IMG/VR virus record: IMGVR_UViG_3300046168_000024
Length of the DNA: 20,000 bases
Strand: one strand, 5' to 3'
Source: an uncultured virus (IMG/VR IMGVR_UViG_3300046168_000024)
Taxonomy: Duplodnaviria; Heunggongvirae; Uroviricota; Caudoviricetes
The notes beneath the pieces are model-generated. The model searched no databases and had not been told where the DNA came from. It was given only the letters and a program-made list of their open reading frames with translations. Positions 8,761 through 17,297 of the stretch are shown piece by piece. How positions within the stretch are numbered: position 1 is the stretch's first letter; each line of letters starts with the position of its first letter. Position numbers and translations under genes: made by a program.

Positions 8761-9680
8761 TAAACACTCCCATAATATTTCTTATTTTATCATCATCTAA
8801 TGATAGTATTTCTTTCAAGTAAATACCTAGTTCATCAGACATTGTCATTTCTGCGTGTAAATTTAAGGTTGCTTCAACCGTTCGTCTTACTACTTTCTTG
8901 TCTAGTAGTTCTGAGTTTTTAACTTTTGCTAAGTCTTGCACATCTCCTTCTAGTTCGTATATAGTATGGTGAAAGTCTGTTTGTACCATTTCATCGGGAC
9001 TATCAACAGTCTTACGAATAAGTTGTGGTAGTTCAAACTTGTGCCATGTCCAATCAAAATTATCATCAATAGTTAGATAACCTGTTTTTACTATATTTCT
9101 ATGAAAAGATGTAGTCATTGGACTTCCTGGGTACACAATATTTCGTTGAGTATTCTCGTGAGCATGTAAGTCTCCAGCAAAGACAGTTTTAAACTTATCA
9201 AATCTTTCTAAATCTACTTCTGGTACTAACATGAGGTGGTATCTCTCCACGAACATGAGTAAATAATAGTCCGCATCAATCGTTTCTATACTATTCTTTT
9301 TATGCAAATCAGCATAAGGCAGTATCGCCCAGTCATCCTCATAGTATGTTTCTGTAATTACTTCTACTAGAGCCGTTCAGTCTGTAGTTGCTTTCTTTAA
9401 GTTAGTAAAGAAAGTCTTGTTTTTCCTAGTAGCTTCGTGATTTCCGTCATAAATAATAGTAGGATTCGTTACTTCCTCTTTTACAAATCAAAGTAAAGAG
9501 TAAGTTCATCCATAGAAGGGACTCGATCAAACAAGTCCCCTCCAATGATATGTAACTTACATCATGTTTGTTATAGCTCCTGTACTTGTTCAAAGAACAT
9601 CTGATACCTGGACAGCCCATCGGTACTGGTACATTCTTTTGTCCGAGTTTTATATGCCAGTCTGCTGTAAATAAAATCAT
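8729..9680 (-). CDS. SbcD/Mre11-like nuclease (T5 D12-like), broken by several indels in this sequence
   Basis: The motifs ADWH, IIGGDLFD, DGNHE, THVRGEIPPHV, GDLH and YPGSP are all present but lie in different reading frames between about 9220 and 9625. Confidence 0.9.
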
Positions 9681-10222
9681 GCTACGAAGTCATCTCCTGG
9701 TGTCCATTCACAACCTGTGAGACCACCTGCTTTTAATGCTTGTAAAGTTCTAAGAACTTCATTTGCATTTCTGCCTGTGTTTAGAGCGTTAACAGATACA
9801 TGCTGTATTATTCCTTCTGGGTCAAGTATGTAGGTTGTTCTATAAGGAACACCTTCATCACTTACAATTCCTAAAGCTGTTGCAAGATTGTTATTGCAGT
9901 CAGCTAAAAGTGCATGTTCTACACCATAAAGAGGTGCATGTTCATCACCTGTTTTCCACTCCCATTTACAATATTCGTTATCAGGACTTATGCCATAAAC
10001 TTCATCAGTTTCTGCCATTAAGCTATCCATACCTACTATCTCAGTAGGGCAAATAAATGTAAAGTCTTTTGGGTAAAAGTAAATTACAGACCAGTCAGAT
10101 AAATCCCAACTATTAACTTTAATAAAGTCATGGTCTGCGTCTTTCCAATCTTCGTTAAAACTCATGTTACCACTTACACCGTTAAGTGTAAACTCTGGAA
10201 ATTTATCTCCTACTCCAATCAT
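9677..10222 (-). CDS. ahpC: 2-Cys peroxiredoxin (AhpC/Prx1)
   Basis: FYPKDFTFICPTE peroxidatic motif, GRN..EVLR.LQAL and C-terminal GCEW.PG. Confidence 0.93.
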   Translation of the reverse strand: MIGVGDKFPEFTLNGVSGNMSFNEDWKDADHDFIKVNSWDLSDWSVIYFYPKDFTFICPTEIVGMDSLMAETDEVYGISPDNEYCKWEWKTGDEHAPLYGVEHALLADCNNNLATALGIVSDEGVPYRTTYILDPEGIIQHVSVNALNTGRNANEVLRTLQALKAGGLTGCEWTPGDDFVA

Positions 10223-10851
10223 GATACGTCAAACTCGTCAGAAACTTCTTGTGAAGGTTCATCGCCTTGATTATTCACTCTTCTTAGTAACTCTAATTGT
10301 GCATCTGCGGTTGGTCTTGGTAAGACATCATCCATAGATTTTAGACTTGCTACTAAGTCTTTTTCCCAATCCTCAAGTTCTCTTGGTTTACACTTTAGAA
10401 CTTGTAATTGATACTCAACATTAAACACCTGTGGACCTGTTTTCTTTCTCTTGAAATGAATGTCATATCCTGTTACAGGGTCTGTTGGGTCGCCTAACTC
10501 TTCCATAGCTACAATCATTTGGTCAAATAGTTTTCTCTTAAGATTAAGAACTTTAACTGATTTGTCGCCGTAGTCTATGCATTGGACAGCGTAAGACCAT
10601 CCACATTTTAAGTCAGGGTAAAAGTCACGAACATGGTCATGTTCTTTGTTGTTAAAGGTTTCAGAGTTTCTATCGAAAGATAAACACTCCATAGGAATAT
10701 TCTTGTTATTCTCTCCTTTAATCCAATAGACATATCTAGGTAGTAAGTCTCCAACCATTCTTAGGTGGTGGTCTTCTTTACCTGCATAGTTATAGGTTTC
10801 GATTTTTTCTTTTTGGGCTGAGCCCTTGGTTTGGTTAAATCCAATTGCCAT
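10219..10851 (-). CDS. ssDNA-binding protein (T5 D11-like)
   Basis: LPRYVYW, LKCGWSY, VLNLKRKLF, LGDPTDP.TG and acidic tail (SDEFDVS). Start moved to ATG 10851 because AAGGAG lies at 10858-10863. Confidence 0.85.
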   Translation of the reverse strand: MAIGFNQTKGSAQKEKIETYNYAGKEDHHLRMVGDLLPRYVYWIKGENNKNIPMECLSFDRNSETFNNKEHDHVRDFYPDLKCGWSYAVQCIDYGDKSVKVLNLKRKLFDQMIVAMEELGDPTDPVTGYDIHFKRKKTGPQVFNVEYQLQVLKCKPRELEDWEKDLVASLKSMDDVLPRPTADAQLELLRRVNNQGDEPSQEVSDEFDVS

Positions 10852-11245
10852 TTTTTTCTCCTTGTGTCTCCTCAAACATAAAGTGAATCCGACCTTCCTT
10901 TATTTTGAGCAGTCTGTTTGCTTTTATTATATCTTCTGAAATTGGACATTCCAGAAGGTCTAGTGTGGTGTCTTTACTATTAACATAGTTGTGATAATTG
11001 CGAAAGGATGCGACACCTGCATACTCTGCTACTTCTTTATCACTATATGACCTACCGACTTCCATCAAATCTTTCGGATTCTTCAGAAATGATTTCCCAC
11101 CAAAACGGTACTTATAAAATTTAAAAGTCTTATCGTAATAGTTTTTCGGTTGGATTTTGTATGTAATAATTCTAAGGATTGTTATGATATCTCCAACATT
11201 CCCTTTGCTTATTTTTACAATCTTATCCCAGTTATATAGTAACAT
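10835..11245 (-). CDS. hypothetical protein at the T5-like position between helicase and D11
   Basis: 136-aa ORF with GKSFLKNP and EYAGVASFRNY; synteny with T5-like replication modules as recalled. Confidence 0.75.
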   Translation of the reverse strand: MLLYNWDKIVKISKGNVGDIITILRIITYKIQPKNYYDKTFKFYKYRFGGKSFLKNPKDLMEVGRSYSDKEVAEYAGVASFRNYHNYVNSKDTTLDLLECPISEDIIKANRLLKIKEGRIHFMFEETQGEKNGNWI

Positions 11246-11247
11246 AT

Positions 11248-11276
11248 ATTATATCAAATTTTTGAGTTTGTGTCAA
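11248..11276 (-). promoter_or_regulatory. consensus sigma70 promoter with extended -10
   Basis: Minus strand reads TTGACA (11276-11271), a 17-nt spacer ending TGA, then TATAAT (11253-11248), inside the 34-nt intergenic gap. Confidence 0.9.
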
Positions 11277-11279
11277 GAG

Positions 11280-12176
11280 TTATTTTTCTGAACTCTCATT
11301 CTGCTTATTCTCTAAGATTTTATCAGCATCCTCAGGTGCGATTGTCGCATGAACACCCATATGTGCCATGTCAATCATTCTACCTTCAAAGATGTAGCTG
11401 CCAGAATGTGTAAGTTCAATCATTGGTAATGCCCATATGTCAATACCAATCTTTCTACAATACTCGGAGAACATGTAATCTTCACTTAGATATCTGTTCT
11501 GCTCGTTAATTATACAGTCAAAAAAAGCGTGTATTGTTTCGTCTCTTTGAAAATCTCCTTCACGAATGTGGTCGGGAGTATATTCTAACTCGGGGTATGC
11601 GTCTGCATATTCCTTAAATACTGACTTTTCTATCATCATAAATCCAGTTGCTCCCTCTTTGATCTTTACAGGTTCAAAGACAGGTGCTTTGCCATCTGGA
11701 TATTCCTCAGGCAGTGGATTAAATACCATATCTCCAGCTACTTTAGATAGTAGAGAAGGGTTTTGTTTTATATGCTCGTGTCCTTGTTCTGCAACATGCA
11801 AAACTTTTTCCCAAGCAATAGTTTTCTTTGGGTATAAACCAGTTAATATTCTTATGTCATCTGTAGTTGCCATAATGTGAGCCATATACATTAAATCCAT
11901 AGCTCTCCATGAAATGTCACTATCAATGAACATTAAGTGAGTAGCGTCAGATTTAAGAAAATTTGCAACACAATAGTTTCTAGCTCTAGTAATCAAAGAT
12001 TCATTAAATAAATAATAAATCTGTGTACTTATACCATGATTCATAAATGTACCAGTGGTATCCATAAGAGACTTAGTGTATAACCCATGACACATACCGC
12101 CATACATTGGAGTCGCAAACATTATGTTCATCTTCTGCATTTCAGGTATGTTTAGTTCAATTTTAGTTTCATTCAT
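11280..12176 (-). CDS. GT-A fold glycosyltransferase-like protein
   Basis: ATPMYGG, NESLITRARN, LMFIDSD (DxD), ATGFMMI, YLSEDY.F and LTH.G. Confidence 0.8.
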   Translation of the reverse strand: MNETKIELNIPEMQKMNIMFATPMYGGMCHGLYTKSLMDTTGTFMNHGISTQIYYLFNESLITRARNYCVANFLKSDATHLMFIDSDISWRAMDLMYMAHIMATTDDIRILTGLYPKKTIAWEKVLHVAEQGHEHIKQNPSLLSKVAGDMVFNPLPEEYPDGKAPVFEPVKIKEGATGFMMIEKSVFKEYADAYPELEYTPDHIREGDFQRDETIHAFFDCIINEQNRYLSEDYMFSEYCRKIGIDIWALPMIELTHSGSYIFEGRMIDMAHMGVHATIAPEDADKILENKQNESSEK

Positions 12177-13453
12177 AATACATTTACCTCGTATCCTTGT
12201 TTTATATAATAGCCCATTCTAGCACTTGCTTGTCGAGCTGCTGTTTTACCTTTTAGATTAAAGTCAACCACTACTGGTTGTTTCTTTCCATCTATTTTTC
12301 TTATTATCCTACCAATAAGCTGTGTGAGTAAGGGGTCGTTATTTACTGGTGTTCCCAACACTAAACAACTAAGCTCATTGATAGATATGCCTTCCGAGAA
12401 GATTGACTGTGTTCCAAATAAGATTTGTTTATCTTTTCTTATCATATCCATAGTCTCTTCTCTTTCAGCAAAATCCATATCCCCTGTTATTGAAACTGCT
12501 TTATCTCCTACTAGAGCTGCACAGTTTTTTAGAAATGCTACTCTATCTGATACAACAAGAACTTTATGTCCTTCTGCAGCGTAACGAGCAGCTGTCATTG
12601 CTACACCATGTACATACTCCGCATCTCTTGTTAAGTGATTTATGCGTTCTGCCCATGGAGTATAACTACCATCTAAAAATCTAATATCTGTTTTATAAAT
12701 ATCAATTTTAGGAACTAGATAGTTTTCTTTTGGCGGTTTCATCACATTGCTACCGAAATAATCACGGAAAACAACATGTCTGCCATCTTTTCTTTCAAGA
12801 GTTCCAGTAAGTCCTATCTTGTAACGACACGGCATTTCATCTATAATCCTCGTAAAGGTTGGACTACTAACATGATGCATTTCGTCTAATATAATTGTCC
12901 CGAACTCCTTTTTTATATCGTCCATTCGACGGTATAAAGTCTGAATATTCCCGCAGACGATAGGAGCATCTATATTACATTGACCACTACCTATTCTCCC
13001 TGCTGTATATCCAAAGCATTTCTTCACCTCTTTTTCCCACTGATTTCGTAGGTTAGTCGTGTGAGTAACTACTAGTGTTTTTTGACCTAGCTTTCCTGCG
13101 ATTGCTAAACCTGTAAATGTCTTTCCCCAACTTACCCAAGCGTTAATTATACTATTGTCTTGTACCTCATCATAAACCGCCTGTTGGCTTGGTCGTAAAT
13201 CAAACTTAAACTCTGGATGTTCGATTTCATTTACCACTCGTTTATCTACTATCTCGTAATCGGATGGGATTAAATCTTCTCTCCCCATTGGTAAAGACAC
13301 CAAACCCTCTCTAACATATCGAAATGTTTTGAACACGATAGGTGGGTCACTAGGTATTCGAGGAGCAATTGTATAAGTCAGTTCTTTTTCTAACTCATTA
13401 GTTTGTTCTTTATTAACGGATAAATATATTCTATTACTTAGTACTGCTTTCAC
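12173..13453 (-). CDS. SF2 DNA helicase (T5 D10-like)
   Basis: LRPSQ, WGKT, ILDEMHH, GLTGT, SEGI and QLIGRIIR. Confidence 0.95.
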   Translation of the reverse strand: MKAVLSNRIYLSVNKEQTNELEKELTYTIAPRIPSDPPIVFKTFRYVREGLVSLPMGREDLIPSDYEIVDKRVVNEIEHPEFKFDLRPSQQAVYDEVQDNSIINAWVSWGKTFTGLAIAGKLGQKTLVVTHTTNLRNQWEKEVKKCFGYTAGRIGSGQCNIDAPIVCGNIQTLYRRMDDIKKEFGTIILDEMHHVSSPTFTRIIDEMPCRYKIGLTGTLERKDGRHVVFRDYFGSNVMKPPKENYLVPKIDIYKTDIRFLDGSYTPWAERINHLTRDAEYVHGVAMTAARYAAEGHKVLVVSDRVAFLKNCAALVGDKAVSITGDMDFAEREETMDMIRKDKQILFGTQSIFSEGISINELSCLVLGTPVNNDPLLTQLIGRIIRKIDGKKQPVVVDFNLKGKTAARQASARMGYYIKQGYEVNVL

Positions 13454-13835
13454 TAATAAGTCTCCTTAATCCTGAACTAGAAAAAGAGTGCTGTCTATTA
13501 GTATAGTATACTTCATGCAATCCTTTTCCTGTAAAATGCTTGTCTGCCCAATCCTCTCCTATAAATCTCAAATGTATTTCTGTTGATTCTAGTAAATCTA
13601 TCAGACTTTGTTCTGTATCGTAAGGAATAATTTCATCTATGTACTTTATAGCTTGTAATTGCATATATCTTTCGTATACAGACTGAACAGGTTGATTTTT
13701 CTCCTGTCTATCTATACTCGGGTCAGTTTGTAATCCTACTATAAGATAATCGCAATTCTCTTTTGCCTCTTTCATCATTACTACATGACCTGCATGTAAT
13801 AAATCAAATGCTCCGCAAGTAAATCCTTTTATCAA
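13434..13835 (-). CDS. TagD-like (glycerol-3-phosphate) cytidylyltransferase family protein
   Basis: GAFDLLHAGH, LIVGL, ER, GEDW and R.HSFSSS. Likely start is TTG 13835, which overlaps the upstream TGA and follows AAGGA. Confidence 0.9.
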   Translation of the reverse strand: MIKGFTCGAFDLLHAGHVVMMKEAKENCDYLIVGLQTDPSIDRQEKNQPVQSVYERYMQLQAIKYIDEIIPYDTEQSLIDLLESTEIHLRFIGEDWADKHFTGKGLHEVYYTNRQHSFSSSGLRRLISESSTK

Positions 13836-15337
13836 CTTAGTTCCTTCATGTACTGCCAATCTGCAATTCTCCATTCTTTTTGTATTCTTGGGTGGTTGTT
13901 ATCCCAAGGACTGCTCCAGCCTGTCTTTTTCTTTCTGTCTATAATATGTTTTGGTAACATATCCCCCATAACTTCTCTAAGTAAGTATTTATATACTCCT
14001 GTGTCCCATCCAAATCTTTGTTTAAATTTTGTCATACCATCAAATTCATAACAATATCTAACAAAATTTTGACCTAAATATACAGGTCTACTTTCCATTC
14101 CAAACATTCCGCAGGTTTGGTCAGTTGCTAGTATATTCTGCTCGGATGTTATCATCAAATCACAAATCAACATATTGTTCCATTTATCGTCTGAAAACTG
14201 TATCTTAGGAAGCCATGGCTCTGATTTATAGTATTCTAATTTATGTTCACAATATCCTTCTATCCAATACTTATGATGATGTAAATATCCAGAGAACAGT
14301 TCATCTGCACTATCTCCTGTAATTATTACTTTACAACCATCTTTAGCAGCTTGTTCTGCTAGAAAGTATCTTGGTGCTCGTCTATTTCTATCTGACCAAG
14401 GGAATCTAGCATTATTTAGCCATCTTCTATCGTAGTCATATATTTTGTCTTGTTGTAGTACAACTACTTTATGTTTTACACCCCATTCTTTACAAGTTTG
14501 TGCAGCTAATTTAGCCTCTAATCTAAACCCATTATGGTCATTATATAGTCCTTTTGTGTTATCATAAGCACATATGTATACAGTAAGGTCTAAATCCATA
14601 TCTTTTACTACTGATAGAGCAAATGTACTATCAAATCCCCCACTCAAAAATAATCCTGTCTTTTGTTTATTACTTGCTATCTTTTGTATATTTGATATTA
14701 GTCTTGTTCTAAACTCTTCTTTATTAAACGGATTACTTTTTATTTTAAAATTATTCCAAAGATTCTTAAATATTATTTTATCTGTATTGAAATCAAATAT
14801 TACATACTCTCCAGCAGCTACTTTCATAACATCTTTGTAAGGACTCTCATGTCCTTGTAATAATGAGTTTATTACATATCCTTGCTTTGTTTTTGTATTT
14901 TCTTCTAAATTTGACAAGCTTCTTAGACTTGTAGTAACAGTAACATTTTTACCTTTTTTATGTATCCATAAAGGTTTGGCTCCAAAGTGGTCTCTACATA
15001 TAACTAATTTTCTTTTCTCTGGTTGATACCATGCTAAACTTCCATGCCAATCATTCCACTCTAAAAACTTAAATCCATATGTTTCTAGTCCATCAGCTAA
15101 GTACTTTGTATCATTCTGTATATTAGTATCATACATCTCGCCATTGAATACTAAATAATTATTCTTTTTGGTTTTATATGGTTGTAATTGTTTTTCTCCA
15201 TTGATATCTAGTAATGCGTGAGCCATAGCAATATCTTTGTTTTTCCACATAGACATTGCATCGGGACCACGAAACTCTTGTCGTTTCATCATCTCACCAC
15301 AATTTTCAGTATCTGTTGTTACTACGAATCCGCACAT
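13832..15337 (-). CDS. asparagine synthase (glutamine-hydrolysing)-like amidotransferase
   Basis: N-terminal MCG nucleophile, RGPD, FNGEMY, RDHFGAKPL, PP-loop LSGGFDS, TGDSADELFSGY and KYLLR...RKKTGW. Confidence 0.92.
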   Translation of the reverse strand: MCGFVVTTDTENCGEMMKRQEFRGPDAMSMWKNKDIAMAHALLDINGEKQLQPYKTKKNNYLVFNGEMYDTNIQNDTKYLADGLETYGFKFLEWNDWHGSLAWYQPEKRKLVICRDHFGAKPLWIHKKGKNVTVTTSLRSLSNLEENTKTKQGYVINSLLQGHESPYKDVMKVAAGEYVIFDFNTDKIIFKNLWNNFKIKSNPFNKEEFRTRLISNIQKIASNKQKTGLFLSGGFDSTFALSVVKDMDLDLTVYICAYDNTKGLYNDHNGFRLEAKLAAQTCKEWGVKHKVVVLQQDKIYDYDRRWLNNARFPWSDRNRRAPRYFLAEQAAKDGCKVIITGDSADELFSGYLHHHKYWIEGYCEHKLEYYKSEPWLPKIQFSDDKWNNMLICDLMITSEQNILATDQTCGMFGMESRPVYLGQNFVRYCYEFDGMTKFKQRFGWDTGVYKYLLREVMGDMLPKHIIDRKKKTGWSSPWDNNHPRIQKEWRIADWQYMKELS

Positions 15338-15459
15338 ATATAAATTCCATGAAATGTATAATCACATACTTGTTTAACTTTTACTTGTTCATACACAGTC
15401 ATAGACACTAGCATTGCTAGTATTATCCATACTGGTATAAAACTTTTGTCAAAATTCAT
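15322..15459 (-). CDS. 45-aa membrane microprotein absent from the ORF track
   Basis: MNFDKSFIPVWIILAMLVSMTVYEQVKVKQVCDYTFHGIYICADS*. Its ATG overlaps the upstream TGA (ATGA) and it ends inside the start of the AsnB-like gene. Confidence 0.7.
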   Translation of the reverse strand: MNFDKSFIPVWIILAMLVSMTVYEQVKVKQVCDYTFHGIYICADS

Positions 15460-15695
15460 TCTACTACTTTAAACCCTTGTATTGAATCAACTCGTAAGTC
15501 TTCCCATTTTTTAAATTCTACATCATAACATATCACAGTATCTCCACTCTGATTTTTTATATGATTAGGAACTTCCATATATTTCTCATTTAAAGTATAC
15601 TCTCTATCGTAAACTTTTCCTGATTTTAAACTTTCAAATTCAATTAATACTATATTTGTTGCTAATTTATCTCTTAATTTTTCGATGTCAACCAT
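15456..15695 (-). CDS. small SH3/Sm-like beta-barrel protein (WYL_2/DUF2693-like)
   Basis: Pattern L...IVLIEF....G...R.YTL...CYDVEFKKWEDLRVDSI. Confidence 0.65.
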   Translation of the reverse strand: MVDIEKLRDKLATNIVLIEFESLKSGKVYDREYTLNEKYMEVPNHIKNQSGDTVICYDVEFKKWEDLRVDSIQGFKVVE

Positions 15696-15871
15696 CTCCA
15701 TGCCCTCTCGTGATAGACATATGCTACTATTTTAATAACACTGTCTGCTACAGCTATACTAGCTGCTAGTTCATAACTTCCTGTTACAGTTACTGCAATT
15801 ATTGCAGTTACACTCATAGCTATAATACGCCATGATAGTGCTTTGTACCAGTCTCTTTCTATCTTATCCAT
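15674..15871 (-). CDS. DUF2061 small membrane protein
   Basis: KALSWRI...VTGS..LA.SIA..D..IK...Y.YHERAW signature. Confidence 0.85.
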   Translation of the reverse strand: MDKIERDWYKALSWRIIAMSVTAIIAVTVTGSYELAASIAVADSVIKIVAYVYHERAWRWLTSKN

Positions 15872-16350
15872 TTTATTCCTTGGAGTTCTTTTATATCACT
15901 CCACACAAACCATGCATACTCTTGTGAATCAGTTCCTGTCCCTGTAAATGAAGGTCTTTTGCTTAGTACAAATAACCCATCAGGCGGAAACTGTTGCCAA
16001 AAATCGTACCTCTTTTGACTACTTAAAAAATTTATTCTTAATAACATTATTACTGTAGTTGATAATCCCATTGCATGTTCAATAAACTCTTGCGCTATAC
16101 TAAAGGGTGGATTTGTAAATATTAAATCAAACCCATGATCTTCTGTAAAATCATGTCCATAGTCAAAAAAGTCTTTATCATGCTGTATTTCACAGGTAGA
16201 TACTTCTATTCCTTTATTTTGTAAAAACTTTGTTATTCTACCATCTCCTTCACAAGGTTCCATTGCAGTTTTAAACTGACTCCAATCTATCGGTAAATTT
16301 TCATAACACCATTCTGGTGTGGGGTAGTAATCATACGGACTTCTACTCAT
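15859..16350 (-). CDS. small amino (probably N6-adenine) DNA methyltransferase
   Basis: DYYPTP, SAM-binding EPCEGDG and catalytic FTNPPF. Start at ATG 16350, overlapping the upstream stop. Confidence 0.85.
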   Translation of the reverse strand: MSRSPYDYYPTPEWCYENLPIDWSQFKTAMEPCEGDGRITKFLQNKGIEVSTCEIQHDKDFFDYGHDFTEDHGFDLIFTNPPFSIAQEFIEHAMGLSTTVIMLLRINFLSSQKRYDFWQQFPPDGLFVLSKRPSFTGTGTDSQEYAWFVWSDIKELQGIKWIR

Positions 16351-16819
16351 ATTTTTCTCCATGTATCTTTTTTCTTTTCTTCACAATACTCCCATATCTT
16401 CCACGGAATACCCTTTTGATATAGTACTCCTGCCCAGCTACTACCTTTCATAGGAGGTCTTGCCTCTACAAAAGGAATGGCACATCTTTTAGCCATACTA
16501 CTGTTGCTATATCTTTCTTTTCTACTTTGCGAATCTTATGGTATTTTAGTGGTGTTGTCTTTGTCTTTTCATCATACCAATAAACTCCATCGCTGTCTAT
16601 AAAATGTTTCCCCCTGTGTTTCATCATACCTACTTCATTATCTACTTGATATCGAAGTGGATATACACTTTTCATTGGTGTCTGTAATCTTCTCATACCA
16701 ATAGTTTTACCACTCATGTTTTTATCATCAACTATTTGGTCACCAATAAGCACTAGCCCATCAATTTCTTCTGGCTCTTCTGAAAGTACATAGATTGGAA
16801 ACTTAATTTTTCGGTTCAT
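16347..16819 (-). CDS. T5-like conserved hypothetical protein, single frameshift
   Basis: KFPIYVL...VDDKNMSG.TIG.RRLQTP...FIDSDG. A frame change near 16470-16476 continues FVEARPP...WAGVLY..GIPW.IWEYCEEKKKDTWRKI* to TGA at 16347. Confidence 0.8.
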
Positions 16820-17297
16820 AATACATATATTTTCTTGCAAAATTACTTGCTAAATCTTTATAAGGCATATCAAAACAAGATAGTTTAAATAATACTCTTT
16901 CATTGGCTAGTGGAGCGACTCGATGCTCTTTACTTGTATCTACAATCGCCATCTCATACTTGTAAGACTTATCTCTAAATTCTATAGGGTCATCCCCACT
17001 CATCTTCCATATTATTGCTGATTTTGTACCTTTGTCTACATGCCAGTCTAAACGAGTTGTTGGCGATAAGAATATAAATTTCATATTAAATCTACCCTTT
17101 ATACCAAACATTCCAACAAACTCTCCTTCAAGTAAAGCATTACTCCAAGGAGCATAATGATACCCATGTATCTTTTTACCTTTGAAATAAAACTCTTTTC
17201 TTGGCAAAGTATATGCTACTTCTTCTAAGTATTCTTTGTCTAATGCATAATTTATATGTAAACAATTAGGCGGTATTTTGTCTAATTTTTGTCGCAC
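16803..17297 (-). CDS. 2OG-Fe(II)/cupin-like dioxygenase
   Basis: HxD...H triad (WHVD ... EHRV) followed by NERVLFKLS. Confidence 0.65.
   Translation of the reverse strand: MRQKLDKIPPNCLHINYALDKEYLEEVAYTLPRKEFYFKGKKIHGYHYAPWSNALLEGEFVGMFGIKGRFNMKFIFLSPTTRLDWHVDKGTKSAIIWKMSGDDPIEFRDKSYKYEMAIVDTSKEHRVAPLANERVLFKLSCFDMPYKDLASNFARKYMYYEPKN

Noticed and set aside
9370..9580. In-frame TGA/TAA codons in sbcD as stop-codon recoding or an intron
   Set aside because: TAA, TAG and TGA all act as normal stops elsewhere in the window, the local stops are explained by indels, and there is no extra inserted length.
13434..13835. Cytidylyltransferase as the CMP-sialic acid synthetase feeding the GT29 enzyme
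   Set aside because: It is the HxGH TagD type; CMP-Neu5Ac and CMP-Kdo synthetases have a different fold.
13832..15337. AsnB-like protein as a lasso-peptide cyclase with the 45-aa ORF as precursor
   Set aside because: It retains the N-terminal Cys glutaminase domain, no B1/B2 leader-processing genes are present, and the peptide looks like a membrane helix.
15422..15452. Second promoter-like TTGACA on the minus strand upstream of the AsnB-like gene
   Set aside because: The best -10 (GATAAT) is 19 nt away and the site lies inside a coding microprotein, so support is weak.
16466..16480. Possible programmed frameshift in the conserved hypothetical gene
   Set aside because: No clear slippery heptamer or stimulatory structure; a single-base deletion error is simpler given the other indels in the window.
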